A stretch of 64,000 nucleotides of DNA from Rhodoferax sp. (GCF_028689305.1 NZ_JAQTWM010000003.1:22085-86084); one strand, 5' to 3'. Counted from the stretch's first letter, positions 31,245-41,259 are shown. Program-made: numbers and translations. The notes: generated from the sequence alone by a model not told the origin.

Positions 31245-33209
31245 ATGGCAATCATCACACTTCTTGACGCCCAGCTGGCATTTGGGCATGTTCCCCTGCT
31301 CGACCACGCTGATTTTTCACTCGAAACCGCCGAGCGCGTGGGCCTGATCGGCCGCAACGGCGCGGGCAAGTCCAGCCTGCTCAAAATCCTTGGTGGTCTG
31401 GAAAAACCTGACGACGGCACATTGCAGGTGCAGAGCAACACCCGCATCGCTTATGTGGCACAAGAGCCGCAACTCGACGCGGATGCCACCATCTTCGACG
31501 CCGTCAGCGACGGGCTGGCGCGGGTGCGCGCGCTGATCGACGACTATTCGCAGGGCCATGGCGACCTCGATGCGATGCAAAGCGAGATCGAGGCGCTGGA
31601 CGGCTGGAACTGGGAGCAGCGGGTGGCCGAGACCCTGCAGCGCCTGCATCTGGCGCCGGACGCCATTGTCAGCACGCTCTCGGGCGGCAACAAAAAGCGG
31701 GTGGCGCTGGCGCAGGCCCTGGTGGCCGCGCCCGACGTGTTGCTGCTGGACGAACCCACCAACCACCTGGACCTGGACAGCATCGAGTGGCTCGAAGGCC
31801 TGCTGGTGGCGTTTAAGGGCGCCATCATCACCATCACCCATGACCGCTCGTTCCTGGACAACGTGGCCACCCGCATCGTTGAGCTCGATCGCGGCAAACT
31901 CAGCAGTTACCCCGGCAACTTTGCCGCCTACCTGGTGCAAAAGGAAGAACAGCTGGCGCAAGAGGCCGTGATCAACGCCAAGGCCGACAAGCTGCTGGCC
32001 CAGGAAGAGGTCTGGATCCGCAAGGGCGTGGAAGCCCGGCGCACCCGCGCCACCGCCCGCATCGTGCGCCTGCAGGAGCTGCGCGCCCGGCGCCAGGCCC
32101 GGCGCGACACCGTGGGCAGCGTCAACATGGACATTGCCACCGGCGCCGCCAGCGGCAAGCTGGTCTCGGAGATGGTGCACGTCAGCAAGTCTTTTGGTGA
32201 CAAAGTGATTGTTCGCGACTTTTCCACCACCGTGCTGCGCGGCGACAAGATCGGCCTGCTCGGCCCCAATGGCGCGGGCAAGACCACGCTGCTCAAGCTC
32301 ATCCTGGGTGAGCTGCAGCCCGACCCGGCCCCGGCCAATGCCCCGGCGCCCGAGCCGGGCCACAGCCCCTGGGGCACGGTGCGCCTGGGCGCCAACGTGA
32401 CGGTGGCCTATTTCGACCAGATGCGCAACGCGCTGGACCTGGACGCCACGCTGGAAGACTTCATCAGCCCCGGCTCCGAGTGGATCGAGATCGGCAACCA
32501 ACGCAAACACGTCAAGAGTTACCTGGGCGACTTCCTGTTCTCACCGGCGCGCGCCAATTCGCCGGTGCGCTCCTTGAGCGGCGGCGAGCGCAACCGCCTG
32601 CTGCTGGCGCGCCTGTTTGCCCGGCCCGCCAATGTGCTGGTGCTCGACGAGCCGACCAACGATCTGGACATCGACACGCTGGAGCTGCTGGAAGACCTGC
32701 TGCAAAACTACGACGGCACGGTGTTCCTGGTCAGCCACGACCGCACCTTCCTGGACAACGTGGTCACCAGCACCATTGCTTATGAGGGGGATGCGTGCTG
32801 GCGCGAGTACGAGGGTGGGGTGACCGACTGGCTGACGCAGAGCCGGCGCGCCGGTGAACTGGCCAAAAACAAAGACCAAAATGGGCCTAAGCCCGCAAAG
32901 AATGGACGTGAACAGCTCTCAAAAACAGAGCAAGACGTGGCGCCTGAAGCCGCGCCTGCTGCGGCCAGCGCCGCCGCCACGCCGGCCAGGGTGCGCAAGC
33001 TCAGTTTCAAGGAGCAGCGTGAACTCGACAGTCTGCCCGATCTGATTGCCCGGCTCGAAGCCGAACAGGCCGATGCCAACGCCCAGCTGGCCGACGGCAG
33101 CCTGTACGCCATCGACAACGCCCGCGCCCTGAAGCTGGCGGCGCGTAGCGCCGAGATTGAAGACGAACTGCTGCTGGCGCTGGAGCGCTGGGAGTTGTTG
33201 GGCGGTTAA
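31245..33209 (+). CDS. uup: ABC-F family ATPase Uup
   Basis: Two ABC domains, EEVWIRKGVEARRTR linker, C-terminal KLSFKEQREL domain. Confidence 0.93.
   Translation: MAIITLLDAQLAFGHVPLLDHADFSLETAERVGLIGRNGAGKSSLLKILGGLEKPDDGTLQVQSNTRIAYVAQEPQLDADATIFDAVSDGLARVRALIDDYSQGHGDLDAMQSEIEALDGWNWEQRVAETLQRLHLAPDAIVSTLSGGNKKRVALAQALVAAPDVLLLDEPTNHLDLDSIEWLEGLLVAFKGAIITITHDRSFLDNVATRIVELDRGKLSSYPGNFAAYLVQKEEQLAQEAVINAKADKLLAQEEVWIRKGVEARRTRATARIVRLQELRARRQARRDTVGSVNMDIATGAASGKLVSEMVHVSKSFGDKVIVRDFSTTVLRGDKIGLLGPNGAGKTTLLKLILGELQPDPAPANAPAPEPGHSPWGTVRLGANVTVAYFDQMRNALDLDATLEDFISPGSEWIEIGNQRKHVKSYLGDFLFSPARANSPVRSLSGGERNRLLLARLFARPANVLVLDEPTNDLDIDTLELLEDLLQNYDGTVFLVSHDRTFLDNVVTSTIAYEGDACWREYEGGVTDWLTQSRRAGELAKNKDQNGPKPAKNGREQLSKTEQDVAPEAAPAAASAAATPARVRKLSFKEQRELDSLPDLIARLEAEQADANAQLADGSLYAIDNARALKLAARSAEIEDELLLALERWELLGG
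32870..32932. repeat. Dispersed element, copy 6, translated inside the Uup linker
   Basis: GGGCCTAAGCCC - 20 nt - GCTC-N9-GAGC; local AT-rich patch. Confidence 0.65.
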
Positions 33210-33246
33210 TACGGGCGCCGCCGCCCGCCGTGGTGCCGGGCCAGGC

Positions 33247-33738
33247 TCACAAGGTGGACAGGGGAATGCTTTCTGCCGACTCGTCGGCCTGCAGCAGGGT
33301 GATGAGTTCGGCCAGGTTCTGGTCAAGCTGTTGCAGCGTGGCTGCGGGCAAGCGGTCCAGCGCCACTGGCAGCACCCCTTCAAAAGGCCCGGGCACCCTG
33401 GCCAGCAGGGCCAGCGCCTCGGGCAGGACATCAAGCTGGACGTGCCGTTTATCGGTGGGTGACTTGTCCAGCCGCACCAGGTTTTTTTGCAGCAGCACCT
33501 TGATCAGGTTGCTGGCGGTGGACTGGTGCACGTCCATGCGCCGGGCCAGCTCCCCCAGGCCAATGCCGGGCTCATCCCGGATCAGGCTCAGAGCCCAGAC
33601 CTGGGCGCCGCCCAGACCCACCTGCTTTTCGACCTGTTTGAAGTGGCCGCGCACCGCGTTGAACACCACGCGAAAGCGGCGCAGCACCTGTGCGGATTGG
33701 GCCGAGGCGGTGCTGCTGGCAGAGTCATTGAGAAGCAT
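33247..33738 (-). CDS. MarR-family transcriptional regulator
   Basis: QVWAL..I, ELARRMDVHQSTASNL, DKR wing; start uncertain. Confidence 0.88.
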   Translation of the reverse strand: MLLNDSASSTASAQSAQVLRRFRVVFNAVRGHFKQVEKQVGLGGAQVWALSLIRDEPGIGLGELARRMDVHQSTASNLIKVLLQKNLVRLDKSPTDKRHVQLDVLPEALALLARVPGPFEGVLPVALDRLPAATLQQLDQNLAELITLLQADESAESIPLSTL

Positions 33739-33785
33739 AGGCAAGCGCAAATCAGGAATTGGCACCATCATAGTGCAAGCCCCCC

Positions 33786-33811
33786 AAAAAAAAGGAGCCC
33801 CGCAGGGCTCC
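33786..33811 (-). terminator. Intrinsic terminator
   Basis: GGAGCCC-TGCG-GGGCTCC followed by T8 on the minus strand. Confidence 0.88.
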
Positions 33812-33852
33812 GAACTCTCGCTAGCAGTTCTGATCGCTAAAAAAGAACAGCG
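33786..33852 (-). ncRNA. Putative small RNA or attenuator leader
   Basis: TATAAT at 33863-33858, two TAGCGA motifs in hairpin loops, then a strong terminator. Confidence 0.4.
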
Positions 33853-33885
33853 GGGCAATTATATTTGGGCAAATGAAAATATCAC

Positions 33886-34797
33886 TCAGGGATTACCCGT
33901 GCGCGCCATCGGGACCTGATCGCGCGGCTGCAGCGCGACTTGCGCCCGGGCCGTGCCAGGCGCCGGTGGCTGGTCCGGCGTGTTGTCGCCGGATTTCAGC
34001 GTGCGCTCCATCCAGGCGTGCAGGTCGCCCCACATCTTGCGCATGTCGGCGTCAGTGGGGGTGCGCAGCGCGCTGGGCAGTTCAACCGTGACCACCGGCA
34101 GGCCGCGCTGCACCCCGCTGTAGTTGCCCAGCGAGCCGGGGAACACGCCCACCTGGTCCAGGTACAGCCGTCCCAGCCGGGTGGGCGGCATCACCGGGCC
34201 GTCAAAGTCCAGCACGCCATAGGGCGCGTGGATGCTGACGATCACCTGCGGCTTGAACGCGACCATCTCGTCATAAAGGTACTTGGCCTCGGGTTCACTC
34301 AAGGGGGTGCGCCCAGGCCAGCGGCGCGGGTCCTTACGGGTGCGCTGTTCCCAGTACACCCTGGTTTCACGCTGCCAGTTGGGGGTGGGGAAGTTGCGGT
34401 TCAGGTCCACCCCGTTGGCGTTCATGCGCCAGGCCGGCTTGCGCAGCAGGCCATCGGGGTTGAGCACCGGCACAAACCGCCAGTGGATCTGTTCGGGCGA
34501 GGCCTGCGCCATTTTCAGCCAGTGCAGCGCCACCGCGGCGGACGACAACTCGTCGCCGTGCATGGCCGCCACCACCAGCACCCGCCGACGGGCCTGCGGC
34601 GGCACCACGTCACGCACCAGAATGGCGCGCCCCTGCACACTGCGGGCGCCGCTGGGCTTGAGCTCGGCGTCCTGGCACAGGGTTTTGGAAACATTCGGAA
34701 GTTTTTGATAAAAATCGGCACAGGCCCACGTCGAAACTGGAGTAAGTGCTATACATACAATAGCAAAGATGAATAACTGTGGAAACCTGGGGTGCAT
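33886..34797 (-). CDS. M14-family zinc carboxypeptidase (murein peptide amidase MpaA-like)
   Basis: HGDE, NPDG, NANGVDLNRNFP, SEPE, SIHAP, TVELP; signal peptide. Confidence 0.88.
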   Translation of the reverse strand: MHPRFPQLFIFAIVCIALTPVSTWACADFYQKLPNVSKTLCQDAELKPSGARSVQGRAILVRDVVPPQARRRVLVVAAMHGDELSSAAVALHWLKMAQASPEQIHWRFVPVLNPDGLLRKPAWRMNANGVDLNRNFPTPNWQRETRVYWEQRTRKDPRRWPGRTPLSEPEAKYLYDEMVAFKPQVIVSIHAPYGVLDFDGPVMPPTRLGRLYLDQVGVFPGSLGNYSGVQRGLPVVTVELPSALRTPTDADMRKMWGDLHAWMERTLKSGDNTPDQPPAPGTARAQVALQPRDQVPMARTGNP

Positions 34798-34881
34798 CGG
34801 CAGATTTTAAAAGCCGCTCGCCAGCCATCCCATTGCACCTACGGCAGGCGTGGCACGGCAATATCGGGTAAATTGGGCCGG

Positions 34882-35400
34882 ATGTCGTTGCACCAATCCG
34901 CCGCCCCAGCCCGGCTCCCCCATTTTTCCAAGACCGAATTCCGCACCGCTTTGGGCATGTTTGCCACCGGTGTCACCATCGTCACGGCACGGGCGCCCGA
35001 CGGCAAGCTGGTGGGGCTGACGGCCAATTCATTCAACTCGGTGTCGCTGTCACCGCCGCTGGTGCTCTGGAGCCTGGCGCGGGCGGCCAGGTCGTACGAC
35101 GCGTTTCACCAGGGCTCCCATTACGCCATCCATATCCTGGCGGCCGACCAGCAGGCGCTGGCGCAGCGTTTTGCCACCCCCGGGATCGACCGTTTCGTCG
35201 ACCTGGCAGTGACCGAAGGCGCCAGCGGGGCGCCGCTGATCAGCGGCTGCGTGGCAACGTTTGAATGTTTCAACCGGAGCCGGTATGCCGAGGGTGACCA
35301 CGTGATTTTTGTCGGCGAGGTGGAGTACTGCAGCCACCGCACCGGCGCCTCGCCCCTGCTCTACCACGGCGGCCAGTTTTATACCGAGCATCCGCTTTGA
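34882..35400 (+). CDS. Flavin reductase family protein
   Basis: FRTALGMFATGVTIVT, SVSLSPPL, GDHVIFVGEV. Confidence 0.92.
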   Translation: MSLHQSAAPARLPHFSKTEFRTALGMFATGVTIVTARAPDGKLVGLTANSFNSVSLSPPLVLWSLARAARSYDAFHQGSHYAIHILAADQQALAQRFATPGIDRFVDLAVTEGASGAPLISGCVATFECFNRSRYAEGDHVIFVGEVEYCSHRTGASPLLYHGGQFYTEHPL

Positions 35401-35470
35401 GATCACCTGTCCTGCCACCCCGGAGGCAGGCGTAAACTCCAGCTCATCACCACCTCTGCAGGAGACGCTC

Positions 35471-37525
35471 GTGAGTCTGAATCCGGCTGAAAAAATCCGC
35501 ACCGTGGCCCTGGTCGGGCATGGTGCCGTTGGTAAAACCACGCTGGCCGAAAGCCTGCTGGCGGCCACCGGGGCCATCACCAGCCGTGGTGTGGTGGAAA
35601 AGGGCAACACGGTTTGTGACTTTGACCCGATTGAAAAGCAGCTGGGCCACTCGCTGCAGTCGGCCCTGGTGAGCCTGACCAGCGCCGACACGCGCATCCA
35701 CCTGATCGACACCCCCGGCTACCCGGACTTTGCCGGGCAGGCCATGGCGGCGCTGGCGGGGGTGGATACCGCCTTGATCGTCATCAGCGCCCAGACCGGC
35801 ATTGAGCTGATGACCGAGCGCATGTTCGATTTGGCCGGCGAGCGTGGCTTGTGCCGCATGCTGGTTGTGAACAAGATCGACACCGACAACCTGGACCTGG
35901 CGGCGCTGGTGGACAGCATCCGTGAACGGTTTGGCAAACAATGCCTGCTGCTGGATCTGCCCAGCCACCAGGCGCAGGAGGTGGTGGAGCTGCTCGGCCA
36001 CGATGACGGCGACAGCGACTTTGCCTCGGTGGCCGCAGCCCACCGGGCGCTGATTGACCAGCTGGTTGAAGAGGACGATGCGCTGATGGCGCGTTATCTG
36101 GAGGACGGTCTGGACCCCAGCCCGCAGGAACTGCATGCGCCGTTTGAAGCAGCGCTGCGCGCCGGTCACCTGATTCCGATCCTGTTTGTGTCGGCCAAGA
36201 CCGGTGCCGGGGTGCCGCAATTGCTGGATGCGCTGGTCAAACTGGCACCCAACCCGAGCGAAGGCAACCCGCCGCTGTTCTACAAGGGTGAGCCGGGGCA
36301 AGACCCGCAAGCCTTTGCTGCCCAGCCCGACGACGCGCTGCATGTGCTGGCCCATGTGTTCAAGGTGGTGATAGACCCCTTCATTGGCAAGGTGGCGGTG
36401 TTCCGGGTGCACCAGGGCACGGTGCGCCGGGACATGCAGCTTTATGCCGGCTCAGCCAAACGCGCCTTCAAGGTCAACCACCTGTACCGCTTGCAGGGCA
36501 AGGACTATGTCGAGGTGGAGGCGCTGGCGCCTGGCGAGCTGGGTGCCGTGGCCAAGGTCGACGAGATCGACTTTGACTGCGTGCTGCATGACTCGCACGA
36601 CGAAGACCACATCCATCTCAAGCCGCTGGTCTTCCCTTTGCCCATGCAGGGGCTGGCGGTGCAGACCCGGCGCAAGGGGGATGAGCAGCGGCTGTTTGAC
36701 ATCCTGCACAAGCTGGAGCAGGAAGACCCCTGCTTTACCGTGGAACGCCACCCCGGCACCAACGAGACGGTGATCCGCGGCCTGGGCGACATGCACCTGC
36801 GCGCCAAGATGCTGCGCATGCAGCAGCAGTTCAAGCTGGAGCTGGACACCAGTGCGCCCCAGATCGCCTACCGCGAAACCATCCTGGGCCAGGCCGAGGG
36901 CCACTGCCGGCACAAGAAACAAAGCGGTGGTGCCGGCCAGTTTGGCGAGGTCATGCTGCGCGTGGAGCCGCTCGAACGCGGCGCTGGTTTTGAGTTTGTC
37001 GATGTCGTCAAGGGCGGCGCCATTCCCGGCGTGTTCATGGCTGCGGTGGAAAAAGGTGTGCGCCAGGCGCTGGCCGAAGGCGCCGTGGCCGGGTTCCCGC
37101 TGCACGATCTGCGGGTGACGGTGTTTGACGGCAAGACCCACGCGGTGGACGGCAAGGAGGTGGCGTTTGTCGCCGCCGCCCGCAAGGCCACACTGGAGGC
37201 CGTGCGCGCGGCCAGGCCGGTGGTGCTGGAGCCGCTGGTCAACATTGAGGTGCAGGCCCCCGAGGCCACCATTGGTGACCTCACCGGGGATCTGGCCAGC
37301 AAACGCGGCCACATCACCGGCACCCAGCCGCGTCCGGCAGGCACGGTGGCGATTTCCGGCCAGATGCCGCTGGCCGAGCTGGGTGACTACCAAAGCCGGC
37401 TGAAGTCGCTGACCTCGGGTCAGGGTTCCTACAGCCTGGCGTTTTCACACTATGCCCAGGTCGGTGCCGACACCCAGGCCAAGTTGGCAGCATCGTTCAA
37501 GCCCGACAACCTGGCTGAGGACTGA
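35471..37525 (+). CDS. Elongation factor G paralogue (EF-G II-like)
   Basis: GHGAVGKTT, DTPG, NKID, YRETI, KKQSGGAGQF; GTG start after GGAG. Confidence 0.92.
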   Translation: MSLNPAEKIRTVALVGHGAVGKTTLAESLLAATGAITSRGVVEKGNTVCDFDPIEKQLGHSLQSALVSLTSADTRIHLIDTPGYPDFAGQAMAALAGVDTALIVISAQTGIELMTERMFDLAGERGLCRMLVVNKIDTDNLDLAALVDSIRERFGKQCLLLDLPSHQAQEVVELLGHDDGDSDFASVAAAHRALIDQLVEEDDALMARYLEDGLDPSPQELHAPFEAALRAGHLIPILFVSAKTGAGVPQLLDALVKLAPNPSEGNPPLFYKGEPGQDPQAFAAQPDDALHVLAHVFKVVIDPFIGKVAVFRVHQGTVRRDMQLYAGSAKRAFKVNHLYRLQGKDYVEVEALAPGELGAVAKVDEIDFDCVLHDSHDEDHIHLKPLVFPLPMQGLAVQTRRKGDEQRLFDILHKLEQEDPCFTVERHPGTNETVIRGLGDMHLRAKMLRMQQQFKLELDTSAPQIAYRETILGQAEGHCRHKKQSGGAGQFGEVMLRVEPLERGAGFEFVDVVKGGAIPGVFMAAVEKGVRQALAEGAVAGFPLHDLRVTVFDGKTHAVDGKEVAFVAAARKATLEAVRAARPVVLEPLVNIEVQAPEATIGDLTGDLASKRGHITGTQPRPAGTVAISGQMPLAELGDYQSRLKSLTSGQGSYSLAFSHYAQVGADTQAKLAASFKPDNLAED

Positions 37526-37559
37526 CGCCCCTGAGCTTCTTTTGGCTGGTGAACACACC

Positions 37560-38120
37560 GTGGCGCATCACACCCTGCTGGCCTACTCCACCACCGACGG
37601 GCATACGCTGCACATCTGTGAGCGGCTGAAGTTTGTCATGACTGCACTGGGCCAGCGCGTCACGCTGCTGCCGCTGGCGCAGGCGGGTGCGCTGGATCTG
37701 GCGCAGTTCGAGCGCATCGTCATCGGCGCCAGCATCCGTTATGGCCACCACCAGCCGCAGGTGGCGCAGTTCATCAGCCAGCACCAGGCCTTGCTGGAGC
37801 GTCGGCCCAGCGCGTTTTTCAGCGTCAACGTGGTGGCGCGCAAGCCCAACAAGAACCAGCCCGACACCAACCCGTACCTGAAAAAATTCCTGCGCCAGAT
37901 CGACTGGCGCCCGCAGCTGACCGCCGTGTTTGCCGGCAAGCTCAATTACCCGGTCTATGGTTTTTTTGACCGACAGATCATCCGCTTCATCATGCTGCTC
38001 ACCCACGGCCCGACCGACCCCAGAACGGTGGTCGAGTTCACGGACTGGGCCCAGGTGGAAGCTTTCGCCCATGCGGTGTGCGCCTTGCCCGACCCGGCGG
38101 GCGCCGCCATTTCACCCTGA
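37560..38120 (+). CDS. hemG: Quinone-dependent protoporphyrinogen IX dehydrogenase HemG
   Basis: YSTTDGHT, GASIRYGH, FFSVNVVARKP.K, TNPY, VEFTDW. Confidence 0.92.
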   Translation: MAHHTLLAYSTTDGHTLHICERLKFVMTALGQRVTLLPLAQAGALDLAQFERIVIGASIRYGHHQPQVAQFISQHQALLERRPSAFFSVNVVARKPNKNQPDTNPYLKKFLRQIDWRPQLTAVFAGKLNYPVYGFFDRQIIRFIMLLTHGPTDPRTVVEFTDWAQVEAFAHAVCALPDPAGAAISP

Positions 38121-38141
38121 CATTTCTGCTGGACACCAACC

Positions 38142-38678
38142 ATGTTCAAACCCCAAGCCCTGACCTTGCTGCTGTTGACCTTGACCCTGGCGGGGTGTGA
38201 ATCCATGTCCGAATCCGAATGCCGCACGGCCGACTGGGGCCGGGTCGGGCTGGCCGATGGCAGCCGTGGGGAGACCGAGCGGCGGCTGGCCGACTACACC
38301 GAAGACTGCGGCAAGATCGGCGTGGTGCCCAACGCCCGCGCCTACCGTCAGGGCTGGGACAACGGCATCCAGCGGTTTTGCACCGCGGCCAATGGCTGGC
38401 GCGAAGGCGTGGCGGGCCACAGCGGCAAGGCCGAGGTGTGTGTCGGCCAGGCCGGCTATGCCAGTTTTGCCCGCTACCTGGATGCAGGTTTGCAGGTCTA
38501 TCGCACGCAGGAACGCATCCAACGAAACACGCAGGAAAGCAACCGGCTGCAGAAGAAATTGGAAAGCGCCACCACGGACGAGGAAAAGCGCCAGATCCGC
38601 CGCCAGTTGCAGGACATTGACCGCGACCAGTTTCACCTGCGCAACCAGATGGGCCAGCAGCAGCTGCTGGCGCCGTGA
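38142..38678 (+). CDS. DUF2799-like lipoprotein
   Basis: Lipobox LAGC; MS..EC..ADW...G..DG..G pattern. Confidence 0.8.
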   Translation: MFKPQALTLLLLTLTLAGCESMSESECRTADWGRVGLADGSRGETERRLADYTEDCGKIGVVPNARAYRQGWDNGIQRFCTAANGWREGVAGHSGKAEVCVGQAGYASFARYLDAGLQVYRTQERIQRNTQESNRLQKKLESATTDEEKRQIRRQLQDIDRDQFHLRNQMGQQQLLAP

Positions 38679-38685
38679 GGTCCAA

Positions 38686-39564
38686 TCAGACCGTCGCGAC
38701 CAGCAGTTCCTCTGAGCTTGACGGACGCAGGCCATCTGTCCTGTCGGCGAAGTAGCGCTCGGTCAGACTGGCTGCCGACACATGCCGGGGTTCCCGCAAA
38801 CCAGCTTCACGGGCCAGTGCCAGCATCTCTGACGGGGTCAATAGGCTGAGAAAGGGTGTTCCCGCTGCTCGCGCAAATTTCTCCGTCATCTGTCGTCCGG
38901 GACGCTCCTCGGGCTCGACAAGCTCCAGTGGCAGCATGAACGTCATGGCCAGTGTGGAACCCGGTGCGAGCGCCGCGACATGGCGCAGTGTGGCCATGAT
39001 CGCCTCCCGGGTGAGGTACATGGAGAGGCCGGTGGCGGCCACGGTGGCAGGCTGTCCGGCTTCGAAGCCGGCATCATCCAACTGCTTCCACCAGAATTGT
39101 CCCGCCTCGAAATCGACTGGCACCAGCCGCAGCCACGGCGGGATACCGAAGCCAAGTTCGATCAGGCGCTGCCGTTTCCAGGCCTGAGGACCCGGCTGAT
39201 CGACCTCGAACACCCGCAGCCCGCTGGCCAGCTCCGGCCTGCGCTGGGCAAAGGTGTCCAGGCCGGCGCCAAGAATGAGGTACTGGCTGACGCCTTGGTC
39301 AGCCTGCGCCGCCACCAGATCCTCGATGAAACGCGCACGGGCCACGATGGACGCACGGGCGCGGCGCGTGGCCTTCACGGCCATGTCCGGGCGGCGCTGC
39401 CAACCGTCATCCGGGGCGGCCAGTTGCAGGCCGATCTCGTCGGCGAACACATGCGGTGGTGGGTCGACCTGGACGTGCATGGCTCGCCACAGGGCGACCC
39501 GCACCGCCGTTCTGTCTGCTGCCACGGCTTGTCTGGCGTCAATGGTGTGATCAGGCGCAATCAT
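38686..39564 (-). CDS. Class I SAM methyltransferase (leucine carboxyl methyltransferase-like)
   Basis: ALWRAMH, RARFIED, ILGAGLDT, FEVD; divergent from LysR; start reassigned. Confidence 0.87.
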   Translation of the reverse strand: MIAPDHTIDARQAVAADRTAVRVALWRAMHVQVDPPPHVFADEIGLQLAAPDDGWQRRPDMAVKATRRARASIVARARFIEDLVAAQADQGVSQYLILGAGLDTFAQRRPELASGLRVFEVDQPGPQAWKRQRLIELGFGIPPWLRLVPVDFEAGQFWWKQLDDAGFEAGQPATVAATGLSMYLTREAIMATLRHVAALAPGSTLAMTFMLPLELVEPEERPGRQMTEKFARAAGTPFLSLLTPSEMLALAREAGLREPRHVSAASLTERYFADRTDGLRPSSSEELLVATV

Positions 39565-39666
39565 GATGGACCTCGTCAAAAGGAAGTGACGGATGCTAAA
39601 CATCTCAAGGCCTTGTTGAAATAGCCATAATGGAAATTGATTTGATAGCTTGGGTTGAAAGTGGCG

Positions 39667-40617
39667 ATGCGAAACTTGCAAGGTTTGAACGCATTTGTTG
39701 AGAGCGCTGAAAGCGGGAGTTTCACTGGCGCGGCCGTGAAGCTGGGCGTCACGCCTGCTGCCGTCAGTAAAAACGTGGTTCGACTTGAGAAGGAGCTGCA
39801 AGTCCGCCTGTTTCATCGATCGACACGGCGCCTGGCGCTGACAACCGAGGGGCAGACTTTTTTGGCTCAGGTCGGAAGCGCCCTGAGATCGCTGAACGAG
39901 GCAGCGGACCAGCTGACCCGCACCAATGCGGAGCCGCAAGGCAGGGTCCGGATCACCTCGGGGATCTCGTTTGGGCGTCAGTTCATATTGCCCGCTCTTG
40001 CGAAAATCGCGCGCCGCTTCCCCAAGTTGGAGATGGAGCTGAATCTGGACAACCGCACCGTGGACCTGGTTGGCAGTGGTGATGACATTGGCGTGCGCGT
40101 CGGAGAACTTCATGACTCCAGTTTGATCGCTCGGCCGATCTGTCCATTGATCAGCGTGCTCGTTGCTTCGCCAGCTTACCTGCGCCAGCACGGAACACCG
40201 GCCACGCCTGAAGACCTCAAGGATCATCGCGTTCTGGGGCTACAGTTTGCTTCGGGAGAAATGGCCAAGTGGCGGTTCAAAAACGTTTCAGGTCGGGGAA
40301 CCATCAAGTGGGTTCCACATGCGCAGGTGTGGACCTCGGACCCGGACCTGTTCATGGAGCTTGCGGCTTCAGGTGAGGGGATCAGCCAGGCTGCGCTTCA
40401 GCATGCTGCCCCGCTGCTTCGGAGCGGCCGCCTGAAACTGGTTCTCCATGACCAGTATGAACATGAAGGGCGGCAAATATTCCTGTGTTATCCCGACCGC
40501 CAGTTCCTGAGCCAACGGGTGCGTGTTGTGGTCGAGGCGTTGTGCGTAGATCTGGCTGCGCAGCCAGATCTGGGACTTCGACTCAACGCCATTCCCCGTG
40601 AATGGTGCGCCAGCTGA
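39667..40617 (+). CDS. LysR-family transcriptional regulator
   Basis: GSFTGAA..LG.T.AAVS...RLE..L.VRLFHRSTR. Confidence 0.95.
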   Translation: MRNLQGLNAFVESAESGSFTGAAVKLGVTPAAVSKNVVRLEKELQVRLFHRSTRRLALTTEGQTFLAQVGSALRSLNEAADQLTRTNAEPQGRVRITSGISFGRQFILPALAKIARRFPKLEMELNLDNRTVDLVGSGDDIGVRVGELHDSSLIARPICPLISVLVASPAYLRQHGTPATPEDLKDHRVLGLQFASGEMAKWRFKNVSGRGTIKWVPHAQVWTSDPDLFMELAASGEGISQAALQHAAPLLRSGRLKLVLHDQYEHEGRQIFLCYPDRQFLSQRVRVVVEALCVDLAAQPDLGLRLNAIPREWCAS

Positions 40618-40679
40618 CAGGTGGATGCGGACGAGGCGTCCAAGCCAGCACCGGTGCACGGCTTGCGCAAAAGTATTAG

Positions 40680-40744
40680 GCAACTGATTGGTTGCATTTT
40701 TCAGTAGATGACCCCATAATCCAAAAATGCAACCGATCAGTTGC
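40680..40744. promoter_or_regulatory. Double operator, probably for the ArsR regulator
   Basis: GCAACTGATTGGTTGC (40680-40695) and GCAACCGATCAGTTGC (40729-40744) form a 22-bp inverted repeat around CATAAT. Confidence 0.7.
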
Positions 40745-40762
40745 GTTTTAAGGAGTCATGTC

Positions 40763-41233
40763 ATGAGCCATTACCAACAGAGCCTCATCCTAGAGGCAAA
40801 CCCCGCTGCGGTGTACGCCGCACTCACCACTCCCGAAGGGCTGCGAGGCTGGTGGACGCAGGATTGCGACGTCCAGGCCAAGACGGGTGACACGAACCAC
40901 TTTCGCTTCGGACCCAACCACAAGGACATGCGCATTGAACGGCTCGAACCGGGCCACGAAGTGCGTTGGCTGTGTACGGGTGCCCATATTGCTGTCGACC
41001 AGCTCACGCGCAGGGACGAATGGGTGGGCACACAGCCTGTGTTCCGTCTGACGCCGCAAGGCAACGGCTGGACCCGTCTGGACTTCGAGCACATTGGCCT
41101 CGTGCCCAACTTCGAGTGTTACACCCTGTGCTGCGATGGCTGGCGGTACTTTCTGGCCAGTTTGCAACAATTCGTCAAGACCGGCCAGGGCACACCCTAC
41201 GTGCTGGATAGCGCAGTGGTCACTGCGCCATGA
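40763..41233 (+). CDS. SRPBCC/AHSA1-domain protein
   Basis: VYAALTT.EGL.GWW, EWVGT, F.H.G, GW.YFL.SL. Confidence 0.85.
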   Translation: MSHYQQSLILEANPAAVYAALTTPEGLRGWWTQDCDVQAKTGDTNHFRFGPNHKDMRIERLEPGHEVRWLCTGAHIAVDQLTRRDEWVGTQPVFRLTPQGNGWTRLDFEHIGLVPNFECYTLCCDGWRYFLASLQQFVKTGQGTPYVLDSAVVTAP

Positions 41234-41259
41234 AATTGGAAACAAGGAGTGAACAGACC

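Noticed and set aside
39565-40227. N-terminal extension making the methyltransferase 513 aa
   Set aside because: It is antisense to the LysR gene; the recognisable domain starts at 39564
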